A DNA stretch of 64,000 nt from Bacillota bacterium (GTDB lineage Bacteria; Bacillota; Dethiobacteria; DTU022), in the NCBI GenBank assembly GCA_029552125.1, contig JAKPEE010000106.1, forward strand, positions 15,699 through 79,698, read 5' to 3'. The notes under the pieces were generated by a model that made no database searches, had not been told where the DNA came from, and saw nothing but the letters and a program-made list of their open reading frames with translations. This document shows positions 17,588 through 26,341 of this stretch, one piece after another (the stretch's first letter is position 1; each line of letters opens with the position of its first letter). Made by a program: the position numbers and the translations under genes.

Positions 17588-18871
17588 ATGAAAAGGTTAA
17601 ACCTAAAGAAACGGTGGGTGTCAACGATTCTCGCTTTTTTGTGGCTGGGAGCGATGGCGCTGCACCTGGCAGGCTGCTCTTCCGCCGCTTTAGAGGTACA
17701 GGCCGCAGACCTGATGGAAGGCATCACTGCTAAAAGCGCCAGCGGCAAAACCGCAGACAGCAGGTTTACCGGCAATACGGCGGCGTTCGCCGTCGATCTG
17801 TTCAAGGAGACGATTGCCGCCGGCGAGAATTCTTTAATCTCCCCACTGTCGGTGCTGCTGGCCCTGGCGATGACAGCCAACGGGGCGGACAATGAAACGC
17901 TGGCCCAGATGGAAGAAGTGCTCGGCCGGGGTATGGGCATTGACGAGCTAAACGAGTATCTCTACTCCTATGCCCGCAGCCTGGCAGGCGACGACCAGTC
18001 AAAGCTCTCCATCGCCAACTCGATCTGGTTCCGTGATGATGAAAACCGCCTGACCGTGGAGAAAGAATTCTTGCAAAAAAACGCCGACTATTACGGCGCC
18101 GCCGCTTATAAGTCCGCATTTGACGGGCAAACCATAAAGGATATCAACAACTGGGTCCGGGCCAATACGGACGGGATGATCGATAAAATTCTGGATCAGA
18201 TTGATCCGGACGCGGTCATGTACCTGATCAATGCCATAGTCTTCGATGCACAGTGGAAAGTAGTGTACAATAAAGAAAATATCTATCAAGGCGAATTTAC
18301 CGCCGGCGACGGGCAAAAGCAAACCGCCGATTTCATGTCCTCGGAGGAATTGCTCTTTCTGGACGACGGCCGGGCTACCGGCTTTATCAAACCCTATGCC
18401 GGCGGAAAATTCAGCTTTGTAGCCCTTCTGCCCAATGAAGGCGTGGCCATCGAAGACTACATTGCCTCCCTTTCGGGAGAAGCCCTTCTAAGCACAATTA
18501 GAGGGGCGGAAAATACGACGGTCATTGCGGCACTGCCCAAGTTCAGCGATGATTATACTGTCACGATGAACGACGCCTTAAAGGCCCTCGGCATGCCGGA
18601 TGCATTTTCGGCCGCCGCAGCCGATTTTAGCAGGCTGGGCCGATCGTCTTGGGGCAACCTCTATATTGGCGAGGTGCTGCATAAAACCTTTATCGCGGTG
18701 GATGAACTCGGTACCAAGGCCGGAGCCGTAACCAAGGTCGAGATGAAAGTGGGATCAGCCTATGTTGAACCAAAGATAGTAAAGCTGGACAGACCTTTTG
18801 TCTACGCCATCATCGACAACGCAACCGCGCTGCCGCTGTTTATGGGGACAGTAATCAGTTTAAACAATTAA
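17588..18871 (+). CDS. Serpin-family serine protease inhibitor, lipoprotein.
   Basis: Lipobox LAGCSS. Serpin core with hinge/reactive loop VDELGTKAGAVTKVEM...KLDRPFVYAIID. ATG at 17588 after GAGAGGA. Confidence 0.8.
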   Translation: MKRLNLKKRWVSTILAFLWLGAMALHLAGCSSAALEVQAADLMEGITAKSASGKTADSRFTGNTAAFAVDLFKETIAAGENSLISPLSVLLALAMTANGADNETLAQMEEVLGRGMGIDELNEYLYSYARSLAGDDQSKLSIANSIWFRDDENRLTVEKEFLQKNADYYGAAAYKSAFDGQTIKDINNWVRANTDGMIDKILDQIDPDAVMYLINAIVFDAQWKVVYNKENIYQGEFTAGDGQKQTADFMSSEELLFLDDGRATGFIKPYAGGKFSFVALLPNEGVAIEDYIASLSGEALLSTIRGAENTTVIAALPKFSDDYTVTMNDALKALGMPDAFSAAAADFSRLGRSSWGNLYIGEVLHKTFIAVDELGTKAGAVTKVEMKVGSAYVEPKIVKLDRPFVYAIIDNATALPLFMGTVISLNN

Positions 18872-18950
18872 CCGTTGCTTGACGCTCCTCATGCTTCAGG
18901 GTTGAGCTGTTCCGGTCCGGCCCGGGACACTGCTCCCAATAAAAATATTG

Positions 18951-18986
18951 CGCCAGGCGCCTCTCCGGCGGCCTGGCGTTTTGCTT
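18951..18986 (+). terminator. Rho-independent terminator after the serpin gene.
   Basis: CGCCAGGC, a 12-nt loop, GCCTGGCG, then TTTTGCTT. Confidence 0.75.
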
Positions 18987-19013
18987 GAAAATAGCCGCTT
19001 CGGCTGCATCTTG

Positions 19014-19047
19014 TCTATTAAATCCCCCTTTGAGAAAGGGGAATTTC
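19014..19047. repeat. Short palindromic intergenic repeat, copy 2 (TCTATTAAATCCCCCTTT-GAG-AAAGGGGAATTTC).
   Basis: Same sequence family and orientation as 2888-2922. Confidence 0.7.
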
Positions 19048-19217
19048 CGGTTTTCTCTCAACTGTTTCCCTTGATAGGGTAGGGGATTAATATAAGAAAC
19101 AAGTAAATTGACTGGGTACTAGTAATAAGTAAATAATAAAAGGCAAAAAAATACCCTGAAAAACGCGGAGATTCATGATATCTTTATAGAAGGTAGGTCT
19201 GGAGAGGAGGGTTTATT

Positions 19218-20312
19218 TTGGCCAAGACAGTGAAGCCGAACCTTTATATCGGGCTAATTGTGTTCTTCATGGTCCTGGTTTTGATGATACTTGTGGCTAT
19301 GCCAATGCAGATGGCATGGGGCATGTGGGGGCTGGCCTTGACAGAGTTAATGCTTCTGGCCTGTGCCATTGTTCCGGCCCTGATTTTCAAGTGGGATCTG
19401 CGGGAAATTTTCAAATTCAGCAGACCTACGGTAAGGCAGATCTTTGGCGTTCTGGTGCTGTGGCTGGGCGCTTATCTGGCCATAGCGGCAGTAACCATGA
19501 TCATTGCTTATTTTTTCCCTGAGGGAGTGAGTTATGTCAGCAGCGAGCTGTCTAAGTTCTTCAGTTCTGTGCCCTTCCCGCTGACCTTATTGATCGCGGC
19601 GGTAATGCCGGCTGTCTGCGAAGAGGCCTTGCACAGGGGACTGATTCTCCATACCTTTGGGGGTAAAAGCAAATGGATCACCATGATGGGGATGGGACTT
19701 ATCTTTGGCATTTTCCACCTGGATCCGTACCGCTTCCTGGGGACGGCGATATTGGGCGTAATCCTGACCTTGATCATGATTGAAACGCAAAATATCCTCC
19801 TGCCAATACTCTTCCACTTCGTAAATAATAGCGCCAGCCTTCTTTCCACACTGATTGATGAATCGGGCGCGGCAGTGCAGCCTCCCCTGGAATCAGTGGG
19901 CGTTTTTATGATCCTGGCTGCTGCTGTCCCCTTCTTGCTTCTGGCCGGCAGCAGGCTGCTCAAGAGCAAAGCGGAAAGCCGAAGCAACCCCGTCAGCAAA
20001 AGGGCAAAGTTCGTTGCCGTGGCCGCAGCCGTAATTCTGGCCGCGGCTGGCACAGGCATTATTGCTGCATCCCTGGCCCAGGCACCGCTCTTTGAGACAT
20101 CTTATTCCGGCGGGGTAAACCGGGATACTTCACCCCACGAACTGGAATTTACCGTGCCTGAGGACGGCAGCTATATCATCGATTTGAACATTCAGGGGGG
20201 CCCGGTCATCACTACCATGGTGATCGAAAATAGCAGGGGAGAACAGGTCTTCGATGTCAGCGCCGGATCTTTAACGTATAACGGGCTGATCGATCTGGAG
20301 GCCGGGGATTAG
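19218..20312 (+). CDS. CPBP (CAAX protease / Abi) family intramembrane metalloprotease with a C-terminal extracytoplasmic beta-rich domain. The gene ends at an in-frame TAG.
   Basis: CPBP motifs EEALHRG, FGIFH and FHFVNN within a polytopic N-terminal half. TTG start after GGAGGG. The frame stays open for 23 codons after the TAG at 20310, through the last sense codon at 20381 (see findings). Confidence 0.75.
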   Translation: MAKTVKPNLYIGLIVFFMVLVLMILVAMPMQMAWGMWGLALTELMLLACAIVPALIFKWDLREIFKFSRPTVRQIFGVLVLWLGAYLAIAAVTMIIAYFFPEGVSYVSSELSKFFSSVPFPLTLLIAAVMPAVCEEALHRGLILHTFGGKSKWITMMGMGLIFGIFHLDPYRFLGTAILGVILTLIMIETQNILLPILFHFVNNSASLLSTLIDESGAAVQPPLESVGVFMILAAAVPFLLLAGSRLLKSKAESRSNPVSKRAKFVAVAAAVILAAAGTGIIAASLAQAPLFETSYSGGVNRDTSPHELEFTVPEDGSYIIDLNIQGGPVITTMVIENSRGEQVFDVSAGSLTYNGLIDLEAGD

Positions 20313-20447
20313 GTAATCACCCTGACGCATGATCACAACAGCGAAGATTACCTCAATGTAAGTGTTGATATATTAATTAGATAAAGGGTTTAAGAGATTT
20401 GTTTGTTCTTATTGTCAGGACACCAAAAGCGCGGGGTTTCCGAGAGT

Positions 20448-20879
20448 TTACTTGTTATGAGTCAGGTAATCTGCTATGTGGGACGCAAACATACTAAAAT
20501 CTTGCAGCCTGTTATTTAATATATCGCTTACAATGTCCATATCAATCCCCGCATACTCATGAACCAAAAGGTTGCGTAATCCGGCCATGCCTTTGATTGA
20601 CTGTGCATATTCTTCAGGCAAGATTTTCAAACGGGCTAACTCATGAAAGATATCTGCATACTCACGGACAGCTACCCCTTCTGCAGCTAAAATATGATTG
20701 CCAATATCCAGGAGTACCTGTATAGACAGCTGTAAGCCGTGTTGAATAATCCAAGCCTTGTCCAGGTCGTCAATCAAAACCGATGCTGTCGCTCCTTGAT
20801 GCTTTTTTAGTTGAGCCAGGTAACGGTTTAATTCCTGAAGCTTAAGCAGTACCAGTTCGGCGTCAACCAGTTTTACCAC
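20448..20879 (-). CDS. hepT: HepT-like (DUF86, HEPN-fold) toxin of a HepT/MntA toxin-antitoxin pair.
   Basis: R-x4-H HEPN motif in GLRNLLVHEY and a size of about 143 aa. The GTG start at 20879 overlaps the upstream nucleotidyltransferase gene by 17 nt. Confidence 0.75.
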   Translation of the reverse strand: MVKLVDAELVLLKLQELNRYLAQLKKHQGATASVLIDDLDKAWIIQHGLQLSIQVLLDIGNHILAAEGVAVREYADIFHELARLKILPEEYAQSIKGMAGLRNLLVHEYAGIDMDIVSDILNNRLQDFSMFASHIADYLTHNK

Positions 20880-21312
20880 CTCCAAAGGTCCCTTCAGCCA
20901 CTTGCCTGTATAGATAGAGGTTTTGAATCTCCAGCAGTGGTTTAAAATCAAGATACGTCCTTACAACCTCTTCATGAAAAGCTCTCCTTTTATCTTCAAG
21001 GCGGCAAAAGATAAGGATACCGCTTTGTAAAACATTAAATTTCAAAATGGTAGGCGTATCATTTAAGATAACCACATCTACCGGCGCGTTCAGTATAGAT
21101 TGAAGCTCTACCACCAGTTCACTTTGATAGCCGTAGCCGCGGTTTGGCGGTAAATGCAGCGCGTCAACAAATACAGCGATATCGATATCGCTCAGTTTGC
21201 CGGCGGTTCCTTTAGCTACAGAACCAAAGAGATAAGCAAAAATGATTTCCGGCCGGCGATCAAAAAAAGAGAGTAATCTGGACTGAACCTGCTCAACACT
21301 GACAGGTGCCAT
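20863..21312 (-). CDS. mntA: MntA-like minimal nucleotidyltransferase antitoxin.
   Basis: GS-x9-DxD motif LFGSVAKGTAGKLSDIDIAVF. ATG at 21312 after GGAGGG. Confidence 0.75.
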   Translation of the reverse strand: MAPVSVEQVQSRLLSFFDRRPEIIFAYLFGSVAKGTAGKLSDIDIAVFVDALHLPPNRGYGYQSELVVELQSILNAPVDVVILNDTPTILKFNVLQSGILIFCRLEDKRRAFHEEVVRTYLDFKPLLEIQNLYLYRQVAEGTFGGGKTG

Positions 21313-21474
21313 TCTGCCAACCCTCCGTTCTCTTGTGCACACATTATATCAAATAATTTCCACTATAGCAATTAACTATAAATTGACACAGCGAATCAAA
21401 AATAGAACCAGCCTGTAACCATAGCGCCTCCTGTCTGTATTAGGATGGGGATATTTTGAGACGGTGAAATGTAT

Positions 21475-21497
21475 TAAAAAAGCAGCCTGGCGGCTGC
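21475..21497 (-). terminator. Rho-independent terminator after the FAD oxidoreductase gene.
   Basis: Minus strand: GCAGCC-GCCA-GGCTGC followed by TTTTTTAAT. Confidence 0.75.
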
Positions 21498-21533
21498 AAG
21501 TGTGTTGACTGGAAACATGTTCCTTAAGTGATC

Positions 21534-23030
21534 TCATTTAATCCGCCTGGCACAGGCGTAGGCGGCGCTGATGGCGCCGGGGACGCCGCCGATCTGGGAA
21601 GACCAGCAGGAGCCGATGTAGAGGTTTTTAACCGGGGTATCTACGTAACTTTTAAGGAAGCTGTCATAGAACTTGTTTTGCGGGTTCCAGCTCCAGGCCG
21701 AACTGGCGCCATTGGTGTTGTGGGTGTAGCGTTCATAGGTCAGGGGTGTAGCAGCATCCTGGAACTCGATGTAATCCCGCAGGTTGGGGATAATGGCGGC
21801 GGCCCGGTCGATCATATCTGCCGCGGCCCGCTCTTTTAGCTCCCTATACTTCTCTTTATCGCCGCCGCCCCAGTTATTCATCCAGCCGGTGGGGGCCAGG
21901 TTTTGCAGCATCAGGGACGATTTTCCCGGCGGGGCCAGATCCGGATTGTAGAGGGACGGGGCATATAGGCCGACGCCTGTTTTCTTGAAATAATCCGGGT
22001 CTCCGGGGTCGTTCATGTCCACTTCGACGGCCAGATCCATATACATAACATGGGGCACTTTCAGGTATTCCTTGAGGCGTTCGTTGGAGAGGGAAAGGCC
22101 AAGGTAAACGGTAGCCATGCCTTCGGAGACTTTGTTCTCTTGAACCTTCTTCAGGAATGGCGCGGGAACAATGGATTTGTTATCCAGGAGCATTAAAAAG
22201 GTTTTTTTATAATCGCCGGCGGAGATGACGTAGTCGGCGGTATAGGTCTCGCCGTTGCAGGTAACGCCCACGGCCGCACCGTCTTTAGTGATGATGGCAT
22301 CGACATAAGAGCGCAGGAAGAGCTCTCCGCCCAGGCGGGTAAAGTTTTCGGCCAGGATATCAGCCCAGGACTGCATACCGTCTTTGACCGTCCAGTAGTC
22401 ATCGAAGATGCAGGCTATCGCGCCGCCGATGATATAGGCGGCCATTTCGGGATAGCCGAGCCGGCTCAAGAGCCGGTAGAGTTTGGAATCCTGCGGGAAA
22501 AAATGCTCCGTAAACTGATCCAGGGTTACCCGGGCGTACTTGCGGTAGAGGCCGGCCATTTTAAGGCCGCCGGCGGCATAAGCGAGCAGGGAAGCGGGGA
22601 AAGTCTTGTCGTTATAAATAAAAACTTTTGTGGCATCGTACATCTTATCCAGCTCGGCAAAGTAGCTTTTTAAACGATCCTGTTCCCCGGGAAAAGCCCC
22701 ATAAAGCATCTCTTTGAAAGACTGATATGTCTCCAGGACGCCGTCAAAATCTTCCGAGACCCAGCGCGAAACCTGACGGGTAAAGCTGATGCGGTCGTAA
22801 AGCCCGAGCTCTTGCATTGCTTTAAAAACCTGATTCGATGATTCAAAGGACAAAGTGCCGCTTTCGAAGTAAAAACCCTTGCGCCGGAAGCCGGCGGTAT
22901 AACCGCCCGGGGCGCTGTGTGATTCAAAAATTTGCACCCGGTGACCTCTTCTGGCCAACAAGTTCCCCGCTACGAGGCCGCCCATGCCGGAGCCGATAAT
23001 AATCACTTTACTCAACAGGAACACTCCCAT
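21534..23030 (-). CDS. NAD(P)/FAD-dependent oxidoreductase of the phytoene desaturase (CrtI) / amine oxidase-like family.
   Basis: N-terminal Rossmann motif VIIIGSGMGGLVAGNLLARRGHRVQIFE, about 500 aa, and a C-terminal GG-containing FAD motif (GSCWSSQIGGVPGA). Confidence 0.7.
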   Translation of the reverse strand: MGVFLLSKVIIIGSGMGGLVAGNLLARRGHRVQIFESHSAPGGYTAGFRRKGFYFESGTLSFESSNQVFKAMQELGLYDRISFTRQVSRWVSEDFDGVLETYQSFKEMLYGAFPGEQDRLKSYFAELDKMYDATKVFIYNDKTFPASLLAYAAGGLKMAGLYRKYARVTLDQFTEHFFPQDSKLYRLLSRLGYPEMAAYIIGGAIACIFDDYWTVKDGMQSWADILAENFTRLGGELFLRSYVDAIITKDGAAVGVTCNGETYTADYVISAGDYKKTFLMLLDNKSIVPAPFLKKVQENKVSEGMATVYLGLSLSNERLKEYLKVPHVMYMDLAVEVDMNDPGDPDYFKKTGVGLYAPSLYNPDLAPPGKSSLMLQNLAPTGWMNNWGGGDKEKYRELKERAAADMIDRAAAIIPNLRDYIEFQDAATPLTYERYTHNTNGASSAWSWNPQNKFYDSFLKSYVDTPVKNLYIGSCWSSQIGGVPGAISAAYACARRIK

Positions 23031-23283
23031 CAGTTTTATGGCCAGCCGGCCATGCGCAGCCAGAGCCGGGCCTTGCCGGTTGACAATTTCATTTTACTGG
23101 AAAAACGGGGCTATGTCGAGGTACGCAGGATATTTTTGGGGGATAGGATACTAAATTATTCATCTCAAGTTGGATTAATGAATGTTATAATTAAGTATAC
23201 TTTTCCCCGAATTACCATAATAAACCGTTAGGTTGCCGATCACGGCGGTTGAAAAAAAATGCGTATACAGGAGGCGGCATACT

Positions 23284-24045
23284 GTGAAAAAAACATTTCT
23301 TCTTTTCTTACTGATCCCGGCGATCTTTCTCGTCATAAGCTGCGGAGGCTCCGAAGAAGCCGGACCGGCGGGCGAAGTAGAAAAAATTACTGTAGAAACC
23401 GAACCGGCGGGCGAAGTAGAAGAAGTGGAAAAAATTACGGTAGAAAAGCGCTGCCTGGTTGAACAGGACAATGAAGAAGCTGAAATTTTGTTAGAAGTTC
23501 CAGTCCTCTCCGGCCTTCCGGACCGGTCGCTGCAAGAGCGAATTAACCAGGACTTCGAAAAAAAAGCGCTGGATTTCCAAAATGAAAGCCTGGAGCCCCT
23601 GGCCGAATACAGAGAAGAGATGGAAGAAAACGGGTTAGACCCTAATCCTTTTGTCGTCCACACCACGTTCACAGTTCCATTCAATCAAAGAGGCCTTTTA
23701 AGCATCAACACCACCTATTACAGCTACCAGGGAGGCGCCCACGGTTACACCTCTATGGAGACGCTGAACCTGGATATCAATACGGGCAAGATACTGCGCC
23801 TCGAGGACTTCTTTGAGCCCGGTGAAGATTACCAGCGCATCATCCTGGAGGAGATTCACCGGCAGATCGAGGCCAGCCCTGAAAACTTCTTCGAAGATGC
23901 CCGGGAAACACTAAGCACAATCCCACAGGACCAGCCATTCTACATCGGGGACGGTTATATTGTGGTCTACTTTGACCTGTATTACCTCGCCCCTTACGCG
24001 TATGGGATGCCGGAATTTAAGATCCCGGTCGCTGTAATGCCCTAA
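23284..24045 (+). CDS. Lipoprotein with DUF4163/DUF3298-type (RsiV/PdaC-like) domains.
   Basis: GTG start after AGGAGG and lipobox VISCGG. Motifs YYSYQGGAHGYTSMETLNLD and FYIGDGYIVVYFDLYYLAPYAYGMPEFKIP. A short in-frame tandem repeat (PAGEVE..EKITVE, two copies) lies at about 23345-23450. Confidence 0.7.
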   Translation: MKKTFLLFLLIPAIFLVISCGGSEEAGPAGEVEKITVETEPAGEVEEVEKITVEKRCLVEQDNEEAEILLEVPVLSGLPDRSLQERINQDFEKKALDFQNESLEPLAEYREEMEENGLDPNPFVVHTTFTVPFNQRGLLSINTTYYSYQGGAHGYTSMETLNLDINTGKILRLEDFFEPGEDYQRIILEEIHRQIEASPENFFEDARETLSTIPQDQPFYIGDGYIVVYFDLYYLAPYAYGMPEFKIPVAVMP

Positions 24046-24092
24046 GCGGGCAAGATAAGAATTTATAGGTTATTTTACAAGGCCTCGATTCG

Positions 24093-24133
24093 CCCCGCCG
24101 CCTCCTACCCTGGCAAGGGTGGAAGGCGGCGGG
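24093..24133. terminator. Bidirectional hairpin between convergent genes.
   Basis: CCCGCCGCCTCC, a 15-nt loop, then GGAAGGCGGCGGG. It sits between the convergent stops at 24045 and 24158. The flanking U-tracts are weak. Confidence 0.5.
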
Positions 24134-24157
24134 ATCAGGGGAGACTCACCAGGCTTT

Positions 24158-24598
24158 CTATTTCGCCTGTTCAAGGGCGGCTTCTACTGCCTTGAGATGG
24201 GCCTTGCTGGTCAAGGTGGCGCCGCTGATGGTATCGACCTGCAGCGATTGTTCCTGGATCACGCTGTCAAACAAGTCAGCCACGGTCAACCCCTTTGCCA
24301 GCTCGACGGGCTTTCCATCACTGTCCAGGGCAGCGCTCTTCAATACCTTAATGCCAGTGACTTCGCCCGAGGACACGGTCACCTTTACGGTGGCCCCCCT
24401 CATGGGGCTTTTGCCGCCATCATAAACTCCCACGTAGGTGCCGTCACGAAGGACGGAAAAATCGATGGCGGCGATGGGCAGGTTCTTGATCTCACGCCTT
24501 CCCGGAGCGGTAAACAGTACAGTTCCGCCAAGCCCCACTCCGATCAACCCGATAATGGCCAGGACAATTAACATCTTTCTCCTCCTCTTTCCTTTCAT
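24158..24598 (-). CDS. Membrane-anchored FMN-binding (FMN_bind) domain protein; predicted ApbE flavinylation substrate.
   Basis: N-terminal TM helix. The C-terminal motif QVDTISGATLTSKA matches the D-x-x-S-G-A-T flavinylation site of NqrC/RnfG-type FMN_bind domains. The start abuts the upstream stop (TAAATG). Confidence 0.8.
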   Translation of the reverse strand: MKGKRRRKMLIVLAIIGLIGVGLGGTVLFTAPGRREIKNLPIAAIDFSVLRDGTYVGVYDGGKSPMRGATVKVTVSSGEVTGIKVLKSAALDSDGKPVELAKGLTVADLFDSVIQEQSLQVDTISGATLTSKAHLKAVEAALEQAK

Positions 24599-25575
24599 TT
24601 AGATTTGATGGGCCTCCTTTTTGCCTATAAACTGCATCTCTACCCGGCTGTCCGCTTGAAAGTAATCCCGCAAACCGGGGGTCACATGGACCTGGATGCC
24701 ACTATCCACAAAAACAGCTTCGGTTCCCGGGAACTGCTCCAGCAGGCCGATCCCTTTTTCCATCCCCGCCACAAACAGAATCGTCGATAAAGCGTCGGCG
24801 AGAGTGCCATCGTCTGCCACCACGGTCACGCTGGCGAGCCCGGTAACAGCCGGATAGCCTGTGGCCGGGTCCAGGAGGTGGTGATGCCGGGTGCCGCTGC
24901 CATCTAAGAAAAACCGCTGGTCATCCCCGGAGGTGATCACCGCTTTGTCCGCCACCGCTACCTTCCCGATCAACCGCCGTTTTTCCCTGGGGTGCCTGAT
25001 GCCCACCTGCCACAGGCTGCCGTCGGGCTTGCAGCCCAGGGCCGCCACATTGCCCCCCAGGTTGGCTAAGGCCGAGCGCACGCCGTATCTCCTGTATATT
25101 TCCAGGATCCGGTCGCCGGCATAGCCTTTTCCGATGCCCCCAGGTCGATGGATTGCCCCGGCTTGCGCAGACCTGCGGCCCGGTCGCGGGGATCCAGGTG
25201 CAGGGCGGTATAATCCACCAGCGGAAGAACCTGCCTGATCATGGCCTTCTGGGGAGGCTCGCCGGTTTCCCTGCCGATACTCCAGAGGTCCACCAGGGGG
25301 CCGATGGTGATATCAAAGAAGCCCCGGCAGCTTCGCGAGAACCCGAGGGCCCGCTCCAGCAGTTGATACGTCTCCGCGCTTACCCTTACACACCCGGCGC
25401 CCGCCGCGCAGTTGATCCTGCTGATTTCGCTTCCAGGAACAAACCGGCTCAGCATTTTTTCCAGCCGTGCGGCTTCACCCTGGACCGCCTGCAGGGCTTC
25501 TGCCGCAAATCGACCAAAGGCCCGGTGCCTGATCACCGTGTTCATCCCCATATGGGCCAAGCAATATTCTTCCAT
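24599..25575 (-). pseudogene. ApbE-family FAD:protein FMN transferase with no signal peptide, interrupted by a 1-nt frameshift.
   Basis: Two consecutive ORFs (25066..25644 and 24599..25081) together span an ApbE. The conserved IDLGGIGKGYAGD motif is restored only if the G5 run (C5 on the plus strand, 25137-25141) becomes G6. ATG at 25575 after AAAGGAG. Confidence 0.7.
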
Positions 25576-25672
25576 GCCCAGTCTCCTTTCTTCACATCTC
25601 ATACCAATACCACAACTGGTGTGAATGAATGATAATTTATTCATTCATGAAGAGATGAAAAAATAAACCGTT

Positions 25673-26251
25673 TCAACCGGTTTCCGTTAAACCCTTCATC
25701 ACAAGCTCCAGTATAATCTCCAAAAGCTCCGGAAAATACTGCAATCCGATTTCCTCCTTATGGGTTTCGATATTAATGATGGCGGCAAAGATCATCATGA
25801 TCATCTCGCTGTCCAGGTCACGCCGCATCTTCCCCTCGGCCTGCCACTTTCGGATCAGATCCAGGAAGCAGTCATACAAAAAGTTCATCTTGTGCATCCC
25901 GTTTTCATCCCGGAAAAGCCGCTCCAGTTTATCATATACACCCGGGTTGAACCACTGGCACAGGATGGGGTTGGCCTGCATCCCCTGAATATTCAGCGCC
26001 ACCATCTGCTTCACCACGTCGATGGGAGCCCGGTTTAAATCAAGGGCTTCCAGGCACTTTCTCTTGAGCTTTTCATTCTCTTCCAGGAAAATATCCATGA
26101 ACAGTTTCTCCTTGGAGGGGTAATAGTTGTAAAAGGTGCCCACGGCCACTCCGGCCATGCCGGTAATATCGGCTACGGTAGTATCCTTAAACCCTTTCGT
26201 ACTGAAAAGCTCCTTGCCACAGTTGTAGATCCGCATCTTTTTTTCTTCCAT
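25673..26251 (-). CDS. TetR/AcrR family transcriptional regulator.
   Basis: N-terminal HTH (GFKDTTVADITGMAGVAVGTFYNYYPSKEKLF); 192 aa. Confidence 0.85.
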   Translation of the reverse strand: MEEKKMRIYNCGKELFSTKGFKDTTVADITGMAGVAVGTFYNYYPSKEKLFMDIFLEENEKLKRKCLEALDLNRAPIDVVKQMVALNIQGMQANPILCQWFNPGVYDKLERLFRDENGMHKMNFLYDCFLDLIRKWQAEGKMRRDLDSEMIMMIFAAIINIETHKEEIGLQYFPELLEIILELVMKGLTETG

Positions 26252-26341
26252 ACTTCGTCCCGCCTTGGTGAATGAACATTTTTTTATTCATTCACATGAT
26301 ATCACGGGTTCCCCCTTTTGTCAATAGCGCTGTCCCCCGAA

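Noticed and set aside
23340-23460. Short tandem repeat (about 42 bp, two copies) that might be taken for a repeat array.
   Set aside because: It lies in frame within the lipoprotein linker (PAGEVE..EKITVE). This is a simple low-complexity duplication in a secreted protein tether, not a CRISPR-like or regulatory array.
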